Source of the DNA: a virus
Lineage: Duplodnaviria; Heunggongvirae; Uroviricota; Caudoviricetes
IMG/VR virus record: IMGVR_UViG_2909246061_000001
Coordinates: 1-41,135 of that record
DNA: 41,135 nt
Direction: 5' to 3' (one strand)
The position numbers and the translations under genes are program-made. Positions 18,482 to 28,693 of this stretch are shown here, piece after piece. Each line of letters begins with the position of its first letter. The stretch's first letter is position 1. The notes under the pieces are model-generated. The model searched no databases, was not told the origin of the DNA, and saw only the letters and a list, made by a program, of their open reading frames with translations.

Positions 18482-20247
18482 CAAAAAATCTCCACAATAT
18501 TGCTGGTATTGGCGGACTCGCCCTGCAGCGGTTCGTTAAACAGTGCGTGCATTGTTGCCCACGCCAGATCGGCATGGCTGGCTTCTTCGCTGCGGCTGGC
18601 TTCATAGGTCGGGCGGTTGCCGCTGGCGGTGGTGGCGCGACGGATTGCCATAAATGACTGCGCTATGTCGGTGTGTCCGGCGTCAAACTCCAGACGGCGG
18701 TGGCTGATAATGTCGTAGGCCTTGAGTACCAGGGCGTTTTTAACGTTGGGGTTGTAGACAAACTCCCGGACGGCAGGAAAGAACGCTTTTACGTTCTCAT
18801 AAACCCCGTGACCGACACCTGTCGAGTCGATACCGATATAGGTCACGTTGTACTGTTCAGTCAGTTTTTTGATGGCGTCCGCCTGGGCACGGAAGTCCAT
18901 CCCGCGCCACTGGTGACGCTCAAGAATGCGGAACTTACCGCCCGGCACGGCTGGCGGAGCCACCACCACGCACCCGGCGCTGTCGCCGTTTTGCGTACCT
19001 TTTGCCGGGTCATAACCGATCCACACTTCGCGCCAGCCAAACGGGCGCAGGGCCAGTGCATGAAAGTCGGTCCAGACTTCCCAGCTGTCCACCATGCAGG
19101 CCTGCAGCTCGCTGAGCGGGAACACGGACGCGAGATCGTCCACGAATTCACACATCAGCAGGTTCTGGTATTCGTCCGGGCTGTATTCCATGCGCAACTG
19201 GTCAAGGTCGAACAGGTTACAGCCGCCGCGAACCGCATCTTCCACGGTGACTATCTGGCGGTATTGCCCGTCTGCACACAGCAGGCCTGGAGCCAGATTG
19301 CTGTGGGACAGGTCTATGTCCACCTTGTCGGCTTTATTGCGCCCACGGTTGAATAGCGCACCGGACCAGAACGGATAAGCACTGTGTGTCAGGCTGGATG
19401 GCGTGGAAAAATAGGTTTGTCGCCATTTTTTGTGAATAGCCATACCGGAAGCCACTTTGCGCAGCTCCTGGAATTTCGGTATCCAGAAATATTCATCCAG
19501 ATACAGGTTGCCGTGGTAACTCTGGGCCGTGCGGGCATTGGTGCCGAGGAAATACAGTGTGGCCCCGTTGGGAAGCACCATCGGATCGCCTTTCAGCTCC
19601 ACTTCCACTTCTTTGGCGAAGTCGATGATGTACTGCTTAAAGACGTGGGCCTGTGCCTTGCTGGCGGAAAGGAAAATCTGGTTACGTCCGGTCAGCAGGG
19701 CGTCAATCAGGGCTTCACGGGCAAAGTAAAAGGTCGCGCCGATCTGGCGTGACTTCAGCAGGTTGCGGATGCGGTTGGTTTTTCCGGCTTCCCACCAGTG
19801 GCGCTGGTAGTTGAACATGGAGGAATGGAAGATTTCTTCCAGCTTCTCAATCTGTTCATCGGTGAAGACATTTTTTTCCGGCTGACGGCGCGGGCCTTTG
19901 TTGCGGTTGGCGACGTTAGGGTTTAAGTCGGCTTCGTTGCCGCCATTGTTAAACTTGCCGATCCGCGCGTGGCGCTCAGACTGGCGCGCCAGCAGGTCAA
20001 TCTCTTTGAAATCTTTCCCTTCTTTGTGCTCCTTCATAATGAGCTGGCAGTAGCGTGCGGCGGTGGTGAGCTGCATCTGATCCAGTGGCCCATAGTCACC
20101 CCACTTGTCGCGTTTTTTCCAGCTGTGAACGGTTGCAACTTTCTCGCCCAGCATTTCAGCAATGCGGGCTACGCGGTATCCCTGAAAGTACAGCAGCATG
20201 GCCTGCCGACGGGGATCGAGATCTGCGGGTGTCAGTGTGGTGTTCAT
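18481..20247 (-). CDS. P: terminase large (ATPase) subunit (P2 gpP)
   Basis: 588 aa; typical P2 P order directly upstream of Q. Confidence 0.9.
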   Translation of the reverse strand: MNTTLTPADLDPRRQAMLLYFQGYRVARIAEMLGEKVATVHSWKKRDKWGDYGPLDQMQLTTAARYCQLIMKEHKEGKDFKEIDLLARQSERHARIGKFNNGGNEADLNPNVANRNKGPRRQPEKNVFTDEQIEKLEEIFHSSMFNYQRHWWEAGKTNRIRNLLKSRQIGATFYFAREALIDALLTGRNQIFLSASKAQAHVFKQYIIDFAKEVEVELKGDPMVLPNGATLYFLGTNARTAQSYHGNLYLDEYFWIPKFQELRKVASGMAIHKKWRQTYFSTPSSLTHSAYPFWSGALFNRGRNKADKVDIDLSHSNLAPGLLCADGQYRQIVTVEDAVRGGCNLFDLDQLRMEYSPDEYQNLLMCEFVDDLASVFPLSELQACMVDSWEVWTDFHALALRPFGWREVWIGYDPAKGTQNGDSAGCVVVAPPAVPGGKFRILERHQWRGMDFRAQADAIKKLTEQYNVTYIGIDSTGVGHGVYENVKAFFPAVREFVYNPNVKNALVLKAYDIISHRRLEFDAGHTDIAQSFMAIRRATTASGNRPTYEASRSEEASHADLAWATMHALFNEPLQGESANTSNIVEIF

Positions 20248-20389
20248 GGCACAAACCTACAGTCTTGAATGAAGGCTTTCCCCGCCTGCGGTTTGTGTGG
20301 TTGTCGGTACAAATACCGTGCATTGTTTCACTGCCCTCATCACCGCAACCATAAGGCTCCAGTAAGTTTTTTCTAACGGAGCACGGCTC

Positions 20390-21223
20390 ATGACAGTGAA
20401 AGCAAAGCGTTTTCGCATCGGGGTGGAAGGTGCCACTACCGACGGACGTGAAATCCAGCGCGAATGGCTGGAACAGATGGCAGCCAGCTACAACCCGGCG
20501 GTGTATACCGCGCTGATTAACCTTGAGCACATCAAGTCTTATCTGCCGGACAGCACCTTTAACCGCTACGGCAAGGTGACGGCGCTGTTTGCTGAAGAAA
20601 TCACGGAAGGTCCGCTGGCGGGCAAGATGGCGCTGTATGCCGACGTTGAGCCAACGGAGTCCCTGGTGGAACTGGTGAAAAAAGGCCAGAAATTATTCAC
20701 CTCTATGGAAGTCAGCCCGAAGTTTGCTGATACGGGCAAAGCCTACCTGGTCGGCCTGGCTGCCACTGATGACCCTGCCAGTCTGGGCACTGAAATGCTG
20801 ACATTCAGCGCCAGTGCAGCCCATAACCCGCTGGCAAACCGCAAGCAGAATCCCGCCAATCTCTTTACCGCTGCAGAGGAAACGGTGATCGAACTGGAAG
20901 AAATCCAGGAGGACAAACCGTCCCTGTTTGCCCGTGTCACGGCGCTGTTCACCAAAAAAGAGCAGTCCGATGACGCCCGGTTCTCTGATGTGCATAAGGC
21001 CGTGGAACTGGTCGCCACTGAGCAGCAGAACCTGAGTGCGCGCACCGAAAAATCCCTGTCTGAGCAGGAAGAACGCCTGTCTGAGCTGGAGACTGCCCTG
21101 CAGGCACAGCTGACCGCCTTTAACGAACTGGTGGACAAGCTGAGCCATGAAGACAGCCGCCAGGACTACCGCCAGCGTGCAACAGGCGGTAACGCCCCCG
21201 CTGACACTCTGACCAATTGCTGA
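20390..21223 (+). CDS. O: capsid scaffolding protein (P2 gpO)
   Basis: sequence FRIGVEGATTDGREIQREW…YLVGLAATDDPASLGTE resembles P2 O. Confidence 0.85.
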   Translation: MTVKAKRFRIGVEGATTDGREIQREWLEQMAASYNPAVYTALINLEHIKSYLPDSTFNRYGKVTALFAEEITEGPLAGKMALYADVEPTESLVELVKKGQKLFTSMEVSPKFADTGKAYLVGLAATDDPASLGTEMLTFSASAAHNPLANRKQNPANLFTAAEETVIELEEIQEDKPSLFARVTALFTKKEQSDDARFSDVHKAVELVATEQQNLSARTEKSLSEQEERLSELETALQAQLTAFNELVDKLSHEDSRQDYRQRATGGNAPADTLTNC

Positions 21224-21239
21224 TGGAGCACAAAACCTG

Positions 21240-22298
21240 ATGAAGAAGAATACCCGCTTTGCTTTTAACGCTTACCTGCAGCAGCTGGCGCGTCTGAACG
21301 GTGTGGCAGTTGAAGAACTGTCCAGCAAGTTCACCGTGGAGCCGTCCGTGCAGCAGACGCTGGAAGACCAGATCCAGCAATCCGCCGCATTCCTGACGCT
21401 GATTAACGTCACGCCAGTGACTGAGCAGTCTGGTCAGTTGCTGGGGCTGGGTGTTGGCAGCACCATTGCCGGAACCACTGATACCACCGCAAAAGAGCGT
21501 GAGCCTGTCGATCCGACGCTGATGGTCGATGTGGAATACAAATGCGAGCAGACCAACTTTGACACGGTACTGACCTACGCGAAGCTGGACCTGTGGGCGA
21601 AGTTTCAGGATTTCCAGGTGCGCATCCGTGATGCCATCGTGAAACGTCAGGCACTGGACCGCATCATGATCGGTTTTAACGGCGTGAAGCGTGCGAAAAC
21701 CTCCAACCGTAGCGAAAACCCGCTACTGCAGGATGTGAATAAAGGCTGGCTGCAGAAAATCCGTGAGGATGCACCGGATCACGTCATGGGCAGCACCACC
21801 ACGGGCGGTGAAACCACACCGGGTGCGGTGAAAGTCGGGAAAGGGGGCGAATATGCCAACCTGGACGCTGTGGTGATAGATGCCGTCAATGAGCTTATCG
21901 ACGTTGTCTACCAGGACGATGACGATCTGGTGGTGATTTGCGGGCGTGAACTGCTGTCTGACAAGTATTTCCCGCTGGTCAACAAAGAGCAGGAAAACAG
22001 TGAAAAACTGGCTGCCGATATGATCATCAGTCAGAAACGCATGGGTGGCCTGCAGGCGGTGCGTGCGCCGTTCTTCCCGCCGAATGCGCTGCTGATCACC
22101 CGTCTGGATAACCTGTCCATCTACTGGCAGGAAGATACCCGCCGCCGTTCAGTTATCGACAACCCGAAACGTGACCGGATTGAAAACTTTGAATCCGTTA
22201 ACGAAGCCTATGTGGTTGAGGACTATCGCTGCGCTGCACTGGTGGAAAACATCCAGATTGGTGACTTCAGCGCCGCCGCAGCAGAAACCGGAGCGTAA
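21240..22298 (+). CDS. N: major capsid protein (P2 gpN)
   Basis: TRFAFNAYL…KGGEYANLDAVV…SIYWQEDTRRR closely matches P2 N. Confidence 0.9.
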   Translation: MKKNTRFAFNAYLQQLARLNGVAVEELSSKFTVEPSVQQTLEDQIQQSAAFLTLINVTPVTEQSGQLLGLGVGSTIAGTTDTTAKEREPVDPTLMVDVEYKCEQTNFDTVLTYAKLDLWAKFQDFQVRIRDAIVKRQALDRIMIGFNGVKRAKTSNRSENPLLQDVNKGWLQKIREDAPDHVMGSTTTGGETTPGAVKVGKGGEYANLDAVVIDAVNELIDVVYQDDDDLVVICGRELLSDKYFPLVNKEQENSEKLAADMIISQKRMGGLQAVRAPFFPPNALLITRLDNLSIYWQEDTRRRSVIDNPKRDRIENFESVNEAYVVEDYRCAALVENIQIGDFSAAAAETGA

Positions 22299-22301
22299 TT
22301 C

Positions 22302-22952
22302 ATGAGCCTGAGTCCCGCACGGCAGCATCGCCTGCGCGTTCAGGCTGAACAGGCCGCTCGCGAGGGTGGCAGTGTTCGCCACGCGTCGGGCTATGACCTG
22401 ATGCTGCTGCAACTGGCGGAAGACCGCCGCCGTCTCAAGGGCGTTCAGTCCACGGTCAAAAAAGCGGAAATCAAGGTGGAGCTGCTGCCGAAGTACGCCG
22501 CCTGGGCGGAGGGCGTCCTGGCTGCCGGAGGCGCTCAACAGGATGACGTGCTGATGTACGTGATGCTGTGGCGCATTGATGCCGGAGATTATGCCGGGGC
22601 GCTGGAGATCGGGCGTCATGCCCTGCGTCATGGCTGGGTGATGCCGCTGGGTAACCGCAACGTGCAGACCGTGCTGGCAGAGGAAATGGCAGATGCAGCG
22701 CAGAGCGCAATGCTTGCCGCCACCGACTTTGATGCCGATCTGTTGCTGCAGACGCTGGAGCTGACAGACGGTCTGGATATGCCGGACCAGTCACGGGCGC
22801 GTCTGCATAAAGCGATTGGCGCTGTCCTGAGTGAAAGCAATCCGGCTTCCGCCCTTAATCATCTCAACCATGCGTTACAGCTCGATCCCCGCTGTGGCGT
22901 GAAAAAAGACAAACAGCAGCTGGAGCGCAGACTGCGCAATGACAGCCGCTGA
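22302..22952 (+). CDS. M: terminase small (endonuclease) subunit (P2 gpM)
   Basis: position and sequence (…DDVLMYVMLWRIDAGDYAGALEIGRHAL…) match P2 M. Confidence 0.85.
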   Translation: MSLSPARQHRLRVQAEQAAREGGSVRHASGYDLMLLQLAEDRRRLKGVQSTVKKAEIKVELLPKYAAWAEGVLAAGGAQQDDVLMYVMLWRIDAGDYAGALEIGRHALRHGWVMPLGNRNVQTVLAEEMADAAQSAMLAATDFDADLLLQTLELTDGLDMPDQSRARLHKAIGAVLSESNPASALNHLNHALQLDPRCGVKKDKQQLERRLRNDSR

Positions 22953-23047
22953 CAGAACGTGCCCCCGCGCACGGGCGGCACGGGGTGGCGAAAGGCACTG
23001 CCACATCAAAATCCCGTCCACCGCCCTTTATTTCAGGAGAAAGCAGC

Positions 23048-23512
23048 ATGAAGTTTGTTGCGCCAGAACAGGCACCGGAACAGGCGGAAATCATCAGAAA
23101 TACGCCGTTCTGGCCTGATGTGGACCTGTCGGAGTTTCGCTGTGTCATGCGCACTGACGGCACGGTGACGCAGCCGCGTTTAAAGCAAGTTGCGCTGTCG
23201 GCAATTTCGGAGGTCAACGCAGAGCTGTATGAGTTTCGCAGACGCCAGCAGATGCTGGGATATGCCTCGCTGGCAGAGGTTCCGGCGGAGCAGCTGGACG
23301 GCAAAAGTGAGCGCATTCAGCACTATTTCAACGCGGTTTACTGCTGGGCACGCGCCATGCTCAACGAACGATACCAGGACTATGACGCCACGGCATCCGG
23401 TGTGAAGCGGGGCGAAGAACTGGCAGAAGCCAGCGGTGATTTGTGGCGTGACGCCCGCTGGGCCATCAGCCGGGTGCAGGATGCGCCGCACTGCACAGTG
23501 GAGCTTATCTGA
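23048..23512 (+). CDS. L: head completion/stabilisation protein (P2 gpL)
   Basis: ATG at 23048 with AGGAGA RBS; …ELWRDARWAISRVQ… resembles P2 L. Confidence 0.8.
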   Translation: MKFVAPEQAPEQAEIIRNTPFWPDVDLSEFRCVMRTDGTVTQPRLKQVALSAISEVNAELYEFRRRQQMLGYASLAEVPAEQLDGKSERIQHYFNAVYCWARAMLNERYQDYDATASGVKRGEELAEASGDLWRDARWAISRVQDAPHCTVELI

Positions 23513-23715
23513 TGAAAGTGCGTGCGCATCAGTATGACACGGTGGACGCGCTTTGCTGGCGTCATTACGGGCGCACGCAGGGTGTCACGGAGCAGGTGCT
23601 GAAGGCAAATCCGGGGCTTGCCGAATACGGCCCCTTTTTACCTCACGGGCTGCAGGTGGAGCTGCCGGACATTCCGACCACCACCACCGTGCAGACCGTC
23701 CAGCTATGGGACTGA
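23512..23715 (+). CDS. X: tail protein X (P2 gpX)
   Basis: 67 aa; DALCWRHYGRTQGVTEQVLKANPGLAE resembles P2 X. Confidence 0.8.
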   Translation: MKVRAHQYDTVDALCWRHYGRTQGVTEQVLKANPGLAEYGPFLPHGLQVELPDIPTTTTVQTVQLWD

Positions 23716-23718
23716 ATT

Positions 23719-23934
23719 ATGACGCTTGAGCGAATCAGCGCCTTTATCACGTATTGCATCGCCGTCGTGCTGGCCTGGCTGGGCGATTTGTCCATCAAGG
23801 ATGCCTCAACGCTGGGCGGCCTGATGATTGGTGTGCTGATGCTGGCTATCAACTGGTACTACAAACACAAAGCCTACCAGCTTCTGCGCGACGGGCAGAT
23901 CTCGCGGGAGGACTATCAATCCATCAATCGTTAA
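23719..23934 (+). CDS. Y: holin
   Basis: 71-aa membrane protein with charged C-terminus, at the holin position before the endolysin. Confidence 0.6.
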   Translation: MTLERISAFITYCIAVVLAWLGDLSIKDASTLGGLMIGVLMLAINWYYKHKAYQLLRDGQISREDYQSINR

Positions 23935-23953
23935 ACGCTGCCTTGTCGGGGCC

Positions 23954-24427
23954 GTGCTGGCTATTGCTGCCACGCTGCCGGGTTTTCAGCAGCTTCACAC
24001 CTCCGTGGAAGGGCTGAAACTGATTGCCGATTACGAAGGTTGTCGTCTGCAGCCGTATCAGTGCAGCGCGGGTGTCTGGACCGACGGCATTGGTAATACG
24101 TCGGGCGTCATTCCCGGCAAAACCATTACGGAGCGACAGGCAGCAGAAGGGCTGATCTCCAACGTGCTGCGTGTGGAGCGGGCGCTGGAAAGGTGTGTGA
24201 AGCAACAGCCGCCGCAGAAGGTGTATGACGCTGCGGTGTCGTTTGCCTTCAACGTGGGTACGGGCAATGCCTGCAGTTCCACGCTGGTGAAATTGCTCAA
24301 TCAGCGGCGCTGGGCGGATGCGTGCCGACAGTTGCCGCGCTGGGTGTATGTAAAAGGTGTGTTTAATCAGGGGCTGGATAACCGCCGTGCGCGGGAGATG
24401 GCCTGGTGTTTACAGGGAGCAAACTGA
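23954..24427 (+). CDS. K: endolysin, T4-lysozyme-like (P2 gpK position)
   Basis: GLKLIADYEGCRLQPYQCSAGVWTDGIGNT glycoside-hydrolase-24 signature; GTG start. Confidence 0.85.
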   Translation: MLAIAATLPGFQQLHTSVEGLKLIADYEGCRLQPYQCSAGVWTDGIGNTSGVIPGKTITERQAAEGLISNVLRVERALERCVKQQPPQKVYDAAVSFAFNVGTGNACSSTLVKLLNQRRWADACRQLPRWVYVKGVFNQGLDNRRAREMAWCLQGAN

Positions 24428-24428
24428 A

Positions 24429-24806
24429 ATGAAAAAGAAATTAATCAGCGGGCTGTTTCTGATGTTATGGATGGCGCTGTTAATCGCAGCAATGGTGTAT
24501 CCGCAGGGGATTTTTCCGGTACTGGCAGCGTCCGGCGTTTGGGTAGCCTGTTTGCTGACATGGGCGATAATTCCGGTAGCTCTGGCTGCGTTAATTAAGA
24601 ATGGCCCGCTCTGGCAGGAGTTGAGGGCATCTTTGCTGAAGACAATTACCCGAAAAGAAAACGTATTTATCAGCTGGGTGATGCGATTGCTGATTGTCGT
24701 AAGTCTCGCCTGGACGGGGTGGGCTATTACCATGGTCTTTTATCTACTGACCGTTATTGCCTTCTGGATGACCCGTAATCAGATGGCGCAACAGGTAGCA
24801 GCATGA
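24429..24806 (+). CDS. lysA: LysA-like membrane protein (lysis timing)
   Basis: multi-TM 125-aa protein between endolysin and spanin genes; track ORF 24357 trimmed to the ATG at 24429. Confidence 0.6.
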   Translation: MKKKLISGLFLMLWMALLIAAMVYPQGIFPVLAASGVWVACLLTWAIIPVALAALIKNGPLWQELRASLLKTITRKENVFISWVMRLLIVVSLAWTGWAITMVFYLLTVIAFWMTRNQMAQQVAA

Positions 24807-25231
24807 ACCGGTTGCTGCTGGTTGTGCTGGCGTTATTACTGGCGGCGCTGGGATGGCAGACGTGGCGGCTGGCTGATGCCAGCCAGACCATCAGCACGCA
24901 GGCAGACGAACTGCAGAGCAAAAGCCAGGCGCTGGCAAAGAGCAACAGCCAGCTTATCAGCCTGTCCATTCTGACTGAAACCAACAACCGGGAGCAGGCG
25001 CGGCTCTACGCCGAAGCAGAACAGACCAGCGCGCTGCTGAGGCAACGACAACACCGGATTGAGGAACTGAAACGTGAGAACGAGGATTTACGCCGCTGGG
25101 CTGATACTCCTTTGCCTGCTGACATTATCCGGCTGCGGGAACGTCCGGCACTCACCGGAGGTGCCGCTTACCGTCAGTGGTTGTCCGCGAGTGACGCCGT
25201 GTCGGCTGGATCAGACAGCGCCGCGCACTAA
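24803..25231 (+). CDS. lysB: inner-membrane spanin (LysB / Rz-like)
   Basis: N-terminal TM helix followed by a coiled-coil region. Confidence 0.7.
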   Translation: MNRLLLVVLALLLAALGWQTWRLADASQTISTQADELQSKSQALAKSNSQLISLSILTETNNREQARLYAEAEQTSALLRQRQHRIEELKRENEDLRRWADTPLPADIIRLRERPALTGGAAYRQWLSASDAVSAGSDSAAH

Positions 25232-25364
25232 CGGTGATCTGAACGCATTGCTGGATGAAACGGAGGCCGCCTGGGCGGTCTGTGCAGACAAAGTGGACAT
25301 GATTATTGCGTGTCAGGAGCGAAACAGTGAACAAACCACAATCCCTGCGCCACGCCCTCAATAA
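25074..25364 (+). CDS. lysC: outer-membrane lipoprotein spanin (LysC / Rz1-like), overlapping the lysB 3' end in another frame
   Basis: lipobox LTLSGC, Pro-rich, 96 aa as in P2 LysC. Confidence 0.7.
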   Translation: MRTRIYAAGLILLCLLTLSGCGNVRHSPEVPLTVSGCPRVTPCRLDQTAPRTNGDLNALLDETEAAWAVCADKVDMIIACQERNSEQTTIPAPRPQ

Positions 25365-25758
25365 AGCGGTGCCTTATGTCCGCAATAACCCGGACAAACT
25401 GCATCTGTTTGTGGATAACGGTTCGCTGGTTGCCACGGGGGCCAGCTCCATGTCATGGGAGTACCGCTACACCCTGAACGTGGTGATTGAGGATTTCAGC
25501 GGCGACCAGAATCTGCTGATGGCCCCGGTTTTGCTGTGGCTGCGGGATAACCAGCCCGATGCCATCAATAACCCGGCGTTACGGGAAAAGCTATTCACCT
25601 TTGAGGTGGATATTCTGCGCAACGATGTCTGTGATATCAGCCTTAACCTGCAACTGACGGAGCGTGTGCTGGTCAGCACTGACGGCAGTGTGTCGAACGT
25701 TGAAGCGGTAGCGGAACCCGATGAACCTGAAGAAATGTGGACGGTGAAACGTGGCTGA
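25327..25758 (+). CDS. R: tail completion protein R (P2 gpR)
   Basis: GTG at 25327 with AGGAG RBS; VNKPQSLRHALNKAV parallels the P2 R N-terminus; track ORF starts at a TTG at 25306. Confidence 0.75.
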   Translation: MNKPQSLRHALNKAVPYVRNNPDKLHLFVDNGSLVATGASSMSWEYRYTLNVVIEDFSGDQNLLMAPVLLWLRDNQPDAINNPALREKLFTFEVDILRNDVCDISLNLQLTERVLVSTDGSVSNVEAVAEPDEPEEMWTVKRG

Positions 25759-26197
25759 ACTGCAGAAGGTGGACGACTGGCTGAGTGCCTTACTGGCGAA
25801 TCTGGAACCAGCCGCAAGAAGCCGCATGATGCGTCAGCTGGCGCAGGAACTGCGCAGGACACAACAGAAGAACATCAGGATGCAGCGCAATCCAGATGGC
25901 AGTAGTTATGAACCGCGACGGGTAACAGCACGCAGTAAAAAGGGGCGTATCAAACGTCAGATGTTTGCAAAGCTACACACCACAAAATATCTGAAAACTG
26001 CCGCCAGCGCCGATTCTGCCAGCGTGCAGTTTGAAGGTAAGGTGCAGCGTATTGCCCGTGTTCACCATTACGGCCTGCGTGATCGCGTCAGTCGCAAAGG
26101 ACCGGAGGTCCGTTACGCAGAGCGCCGCCTGCTGGGTGTAAATGATGATGTTGAGGCAATGACCCGCGACATGATTCTGCAATGGCTGGCGGGGTGA
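25751..26197 (+). CDS. S: tail completion protein S (P2 gpS)
   Basis: 148 aa, P2 S size and position. Confidence 0.8.
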   Translation: MAELQKVDDWLSALLANLEPAARSRMMRQLAQELRRTQQKNIRMQRNPDGSSYEPRRVTARSKKGRIKRQMFAKLHTTKYLKTAASADSASVQFEGKVQRIARVHHYGLRDRVSRKGPEVRYAERRLLGVNDDVEAMTRDMILQWLAG

Positions 26198-26265
26198 TCT
26201 TTGTATCAGCACTGATACAAGTTGCAGCGCTGCCGCCTTTCTTCCCCTGATGGCAACCTTTCCCT

Positions 26266-26844
26266 ATGAACGCACAATTAACCGAAATCATGCGCCTTAT
26301 CACCAACCTGATCCGCACAGGGGTAGTCACCGAAGTGGACAGGGAAAACTGGCTTTGCCGGGTGAAAACGGGCGAGCTTGAAACCAACTGGATCAGCTGG
26401 CTGACGCTGCGTGCCGGGAATGCCCGCACATGGTGGCGACCATCGGAAGGTGAGCAGGTGGTGCTGCTGAGTCTGGGAGGAAATCTGGAAACCGCCTTTG
26501 CGCTGCCCGCTGTCTATTCGAATCAGTTCGCGCCACCGTCGACGTCGGCGGAAGCCTGCGTGACAGAACATCCTGACGGAGGCTGGTTTGAATACGAACC
26601 CGCCACCGGGCGCTGGTATGTCAGGGGCATCAAATCCATGGTCATTGAGGCTGCCGACAACATCACCCTGAAAACCAGTGAGTTTGTGCTGGAGGCTGAC
26701 CACACGCGTATTAACAGCGAAGTAGTGATCAATGGTGGCGTTACCCAGGGCGGCGGTGCAATGAGTTCTAACGGAATTGTGGTTGATGCACATCAGCATA
26801 CTGGCGTCCTGAAAGGCGGCGACACAACCGGAGGCCCGGTATGA
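26266..26844 (+). CDS. V: baseplate spike/assembly protein V (P2 gpV)
   Basis: NLIRTGVVTEVD…WISWLTLRAGNARTWW resembles P2 V. Confidence 0.85.
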   Translation: MNAQLTEIMRLITNLIRTGVVTEVDRENWLCRVKTGELETNWISWLTLRAGNARTWWRPSEGEQVVLLSLGGNLETAFALPAVYSNQFAPPSTSAEACVTEHPDGGWFEYEPATGRWYVRGIKSMVIEAADNITLKTSEFVLEADHTRINSEVVINGGVTQGGGAMSSNGIVVDAHQHTGVLKGGDTTGGPV

Positions 26845-27200
26845 CGCTTTATAGCGGGATGAACAATACCAGCGGCAAAGCTATTACTGATATTGACCAT
26901 CTGCGCCAGTCGGTGCGGGACATTCTGCTGACACCGCAGGGTAGCCGCATTGCCCGCCGGGAATATGGTTCCCTCCTGTCGGTTTTAATAGATCAGCCAC
27001 AAAATCCGGCATTACGCCTGCAGGTCATGTCGGCAGTGTATGTGGCGCTGAGTCGCTGGGAGCCACGGCTGACGCTGGATTCCATCACCATCAACAGCAA
27101 CTTTGACGGTTCTATGGTGGTGGAGCTGACCGGGCGGCGGAATAACGGTGTGCCTGTGTCCCTTTCCGTATCAACAGGAGCAGAGAATGGCAGTGATTGA
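26841..27200 (+). CDS. W: baseplate protein W (GPW/gp25 family)
   Basis: 119 aa, P2 W position. Confidence 0.85.
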   Translation: MTLYSGMNNTSGKAITDIDHLRQSVRDILLTPQGSRIARREYGSLLSVLIDQPQNPALRLQVMSAVYVALSRWEPRLTLDSITINSNFDGSMVVELTGRRNNGVPVSLSVSTGAENGSD

Positions 27201-28095
27201 CCTTTCGCAGTTGCCTGCACCGCAGATTGTGGATGTGCCGGACTTTGAGACGCTGCTTGCCGAACGCAAGGCAGAATTTGTGGCGCTTCATCCGAAAGAT
27301 GAGCAGGAAGCCGTGATCCGCACGCTGGAACTGGAATCTGAACCCGTCACCAAATTGTTGCAGGAGAACGCTTACCGTGAGTTGCTTCTGCGCCAGCGCA
27401 TTAACGAAGCCGCGCAGGCGGTGATGGTGGCTTACGCGATGGGCGGCGATCTTGACCAGCTCGCTGCCAACTACAACGTGACACGCTTGACGGTGACGCC
27501 TGCTGATAATGATGCTGTGCCGCCCGTTGCAGCTGTGATGGAAAGCGATGAAGCGTTACGCCTGCGTGTGCCTGCAGCCTTTGAAGGGCTTTCTGTTGCG
27601 GGGCCAACTGCAGCTTATGAATTTCATGCCCGAAGCGCCGACGGTCGGGTGGCGGATGCCAGTGCAACCAGCCCGGCACCTGCAGAGGTGGTGCTGACTG
27701 TCCTTAGCCGCGAAGGCGATGGAACTGCAGAAAAAGACCTGCTGGACGTGGTGGAAAAAGCTCTGAACAGTGAGAACGTCCGCCCGGTGGCTGACCGTCT
27801 GACGGTTCGCAGCGCAGAAATCATCCCGTATCGCGTGGAAGCCACCATTTTTCTCTATCCGGGACCGGAAGCAGAGCCGGTAATGGCAGCGGCAAAAGCC
27901 AGCCTGCAGAAGTACATCGCCAGTCAGACGCGTCTTGGTCGGGATATTCGCCGTAGCGCCATCTTTGCCGCCCTGCATGTTGAGGGTGTGCAGCGTGTGG
28001 AGCTGGCTTCTCCTCTGGCGGATGTGGTCCTGAACAAAACACAGGCGGCATCATGTACGCAGTGGAGCGTAACCAACGGAGGAACGGATGAATAG
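27187..28095 (+). CDS. J: baseplate assembly protein J (P2 gpJ)
   Basis: 302 aa from the ATG at 27187, same length as P2 J. Confidence 0.85.
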   Translation: MAVIDLSQLPAPQIVDVPDFETLLAERKAEFVALHPKDEQEAVIRTLELESEPVTKLLQENAYRELLLRQRINEAAQAVMVAYAMGGDLDQLAANYNVTRLTVTPADNDAVPPVAAVMESDEALRLRVPAAFEGLSVAGPTAAYEFHARSADGRVADASATSPAPAEVVLTVLSREGDGTAEKDLLDVVEKALNSENVRPVADRLTVRSAEIIPYRVEATIFLYPGPEAEPVMAAAKASLQKYIASQTRLGRDIRRSAIFAALHVEGVQRVELASPLADVVLNKTQAASCTQWSVTNGGTDE

Positions 28096-28693
28096 TCTGC
28101 TGCCACCGGGTTCAACTTCACTGGAGCGCCGACTGGCGCAAACCTGTAGCGGGATTTCTGATCTGCAGGTGCCGCTGCGTGACTTGTGGAATCCGGCTAC
28201 CTGTCCGGTCAGCTTCCTACCTTATCTCGCCTGGGCGTTCTCTGTGGATCGCTGGGACGAGGGCTGGACAGAAAGCGTCAAACGCCAGGTAGTGAAGGAT
28301 GCTTTTTATATTCATCAGCATAAAGGAACCACCAGTGCCGTGCGGCGGGTGGTGGAACCGTTCGGATTCCTGATCCGCATTATTGAGTGGTGGCAGACCG
28401 GAGAAACACCGGGCACGTTTCGCCTGGATATCGGCGTGCAGGACCAGGGCATCACTGAAGATACCTATCTGGAACTTGAGCGGCTGATAAGCGATGCCAA
28501 ACCATGTAGCCGTCACATGATCGGCATGTCCATCAATCTGCAGACCAGCGGTCCGCATTGGGTGGGGGCCGCCAGCTATCTTGGCGAAGAAATCACGATC
28601 TATCCGTATATCAACGAAACAATTATTTCTGGCGGCACCGCGCATGAAGGCGGGGCGGTCCATGTTATTGACACAATGAGAGTGAATCCATGA
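28088..28693 (+). CDS. I: baseplate/tail-fibre attachment protein I (P2 gpI)
   Basis: position and size. Confidence 0.8.
   Translation: MNSLLPPGSTSLERRLAQTCSGISDLQVPLRDLWNPATCPVSFLPYLAWAFSVDRWDEGWTESVKRQVVKDAFYIHQHKGTTSAVRRVVEPFGFLIRIIEWWQTGETPGTFRLDIGVQDQGITEDTYLELERLISDAKPCSRHMIGMSINLQTSGPHWVGAASYLGEEITIYPYINETIISGGTAHEGGAVHVIDTMRVNP

Noticed and set aside
18673-19356. 227-aa plus-strand ORF inside the terminase large subunit gene
   Set aside because: Antisense to gene P, which has clear homology; no independent support.
26278-26799. 173-aa minus-strand ORF inside baseplate gene V
   Set aside because: Antisense to a conserved structural gene; no start context.
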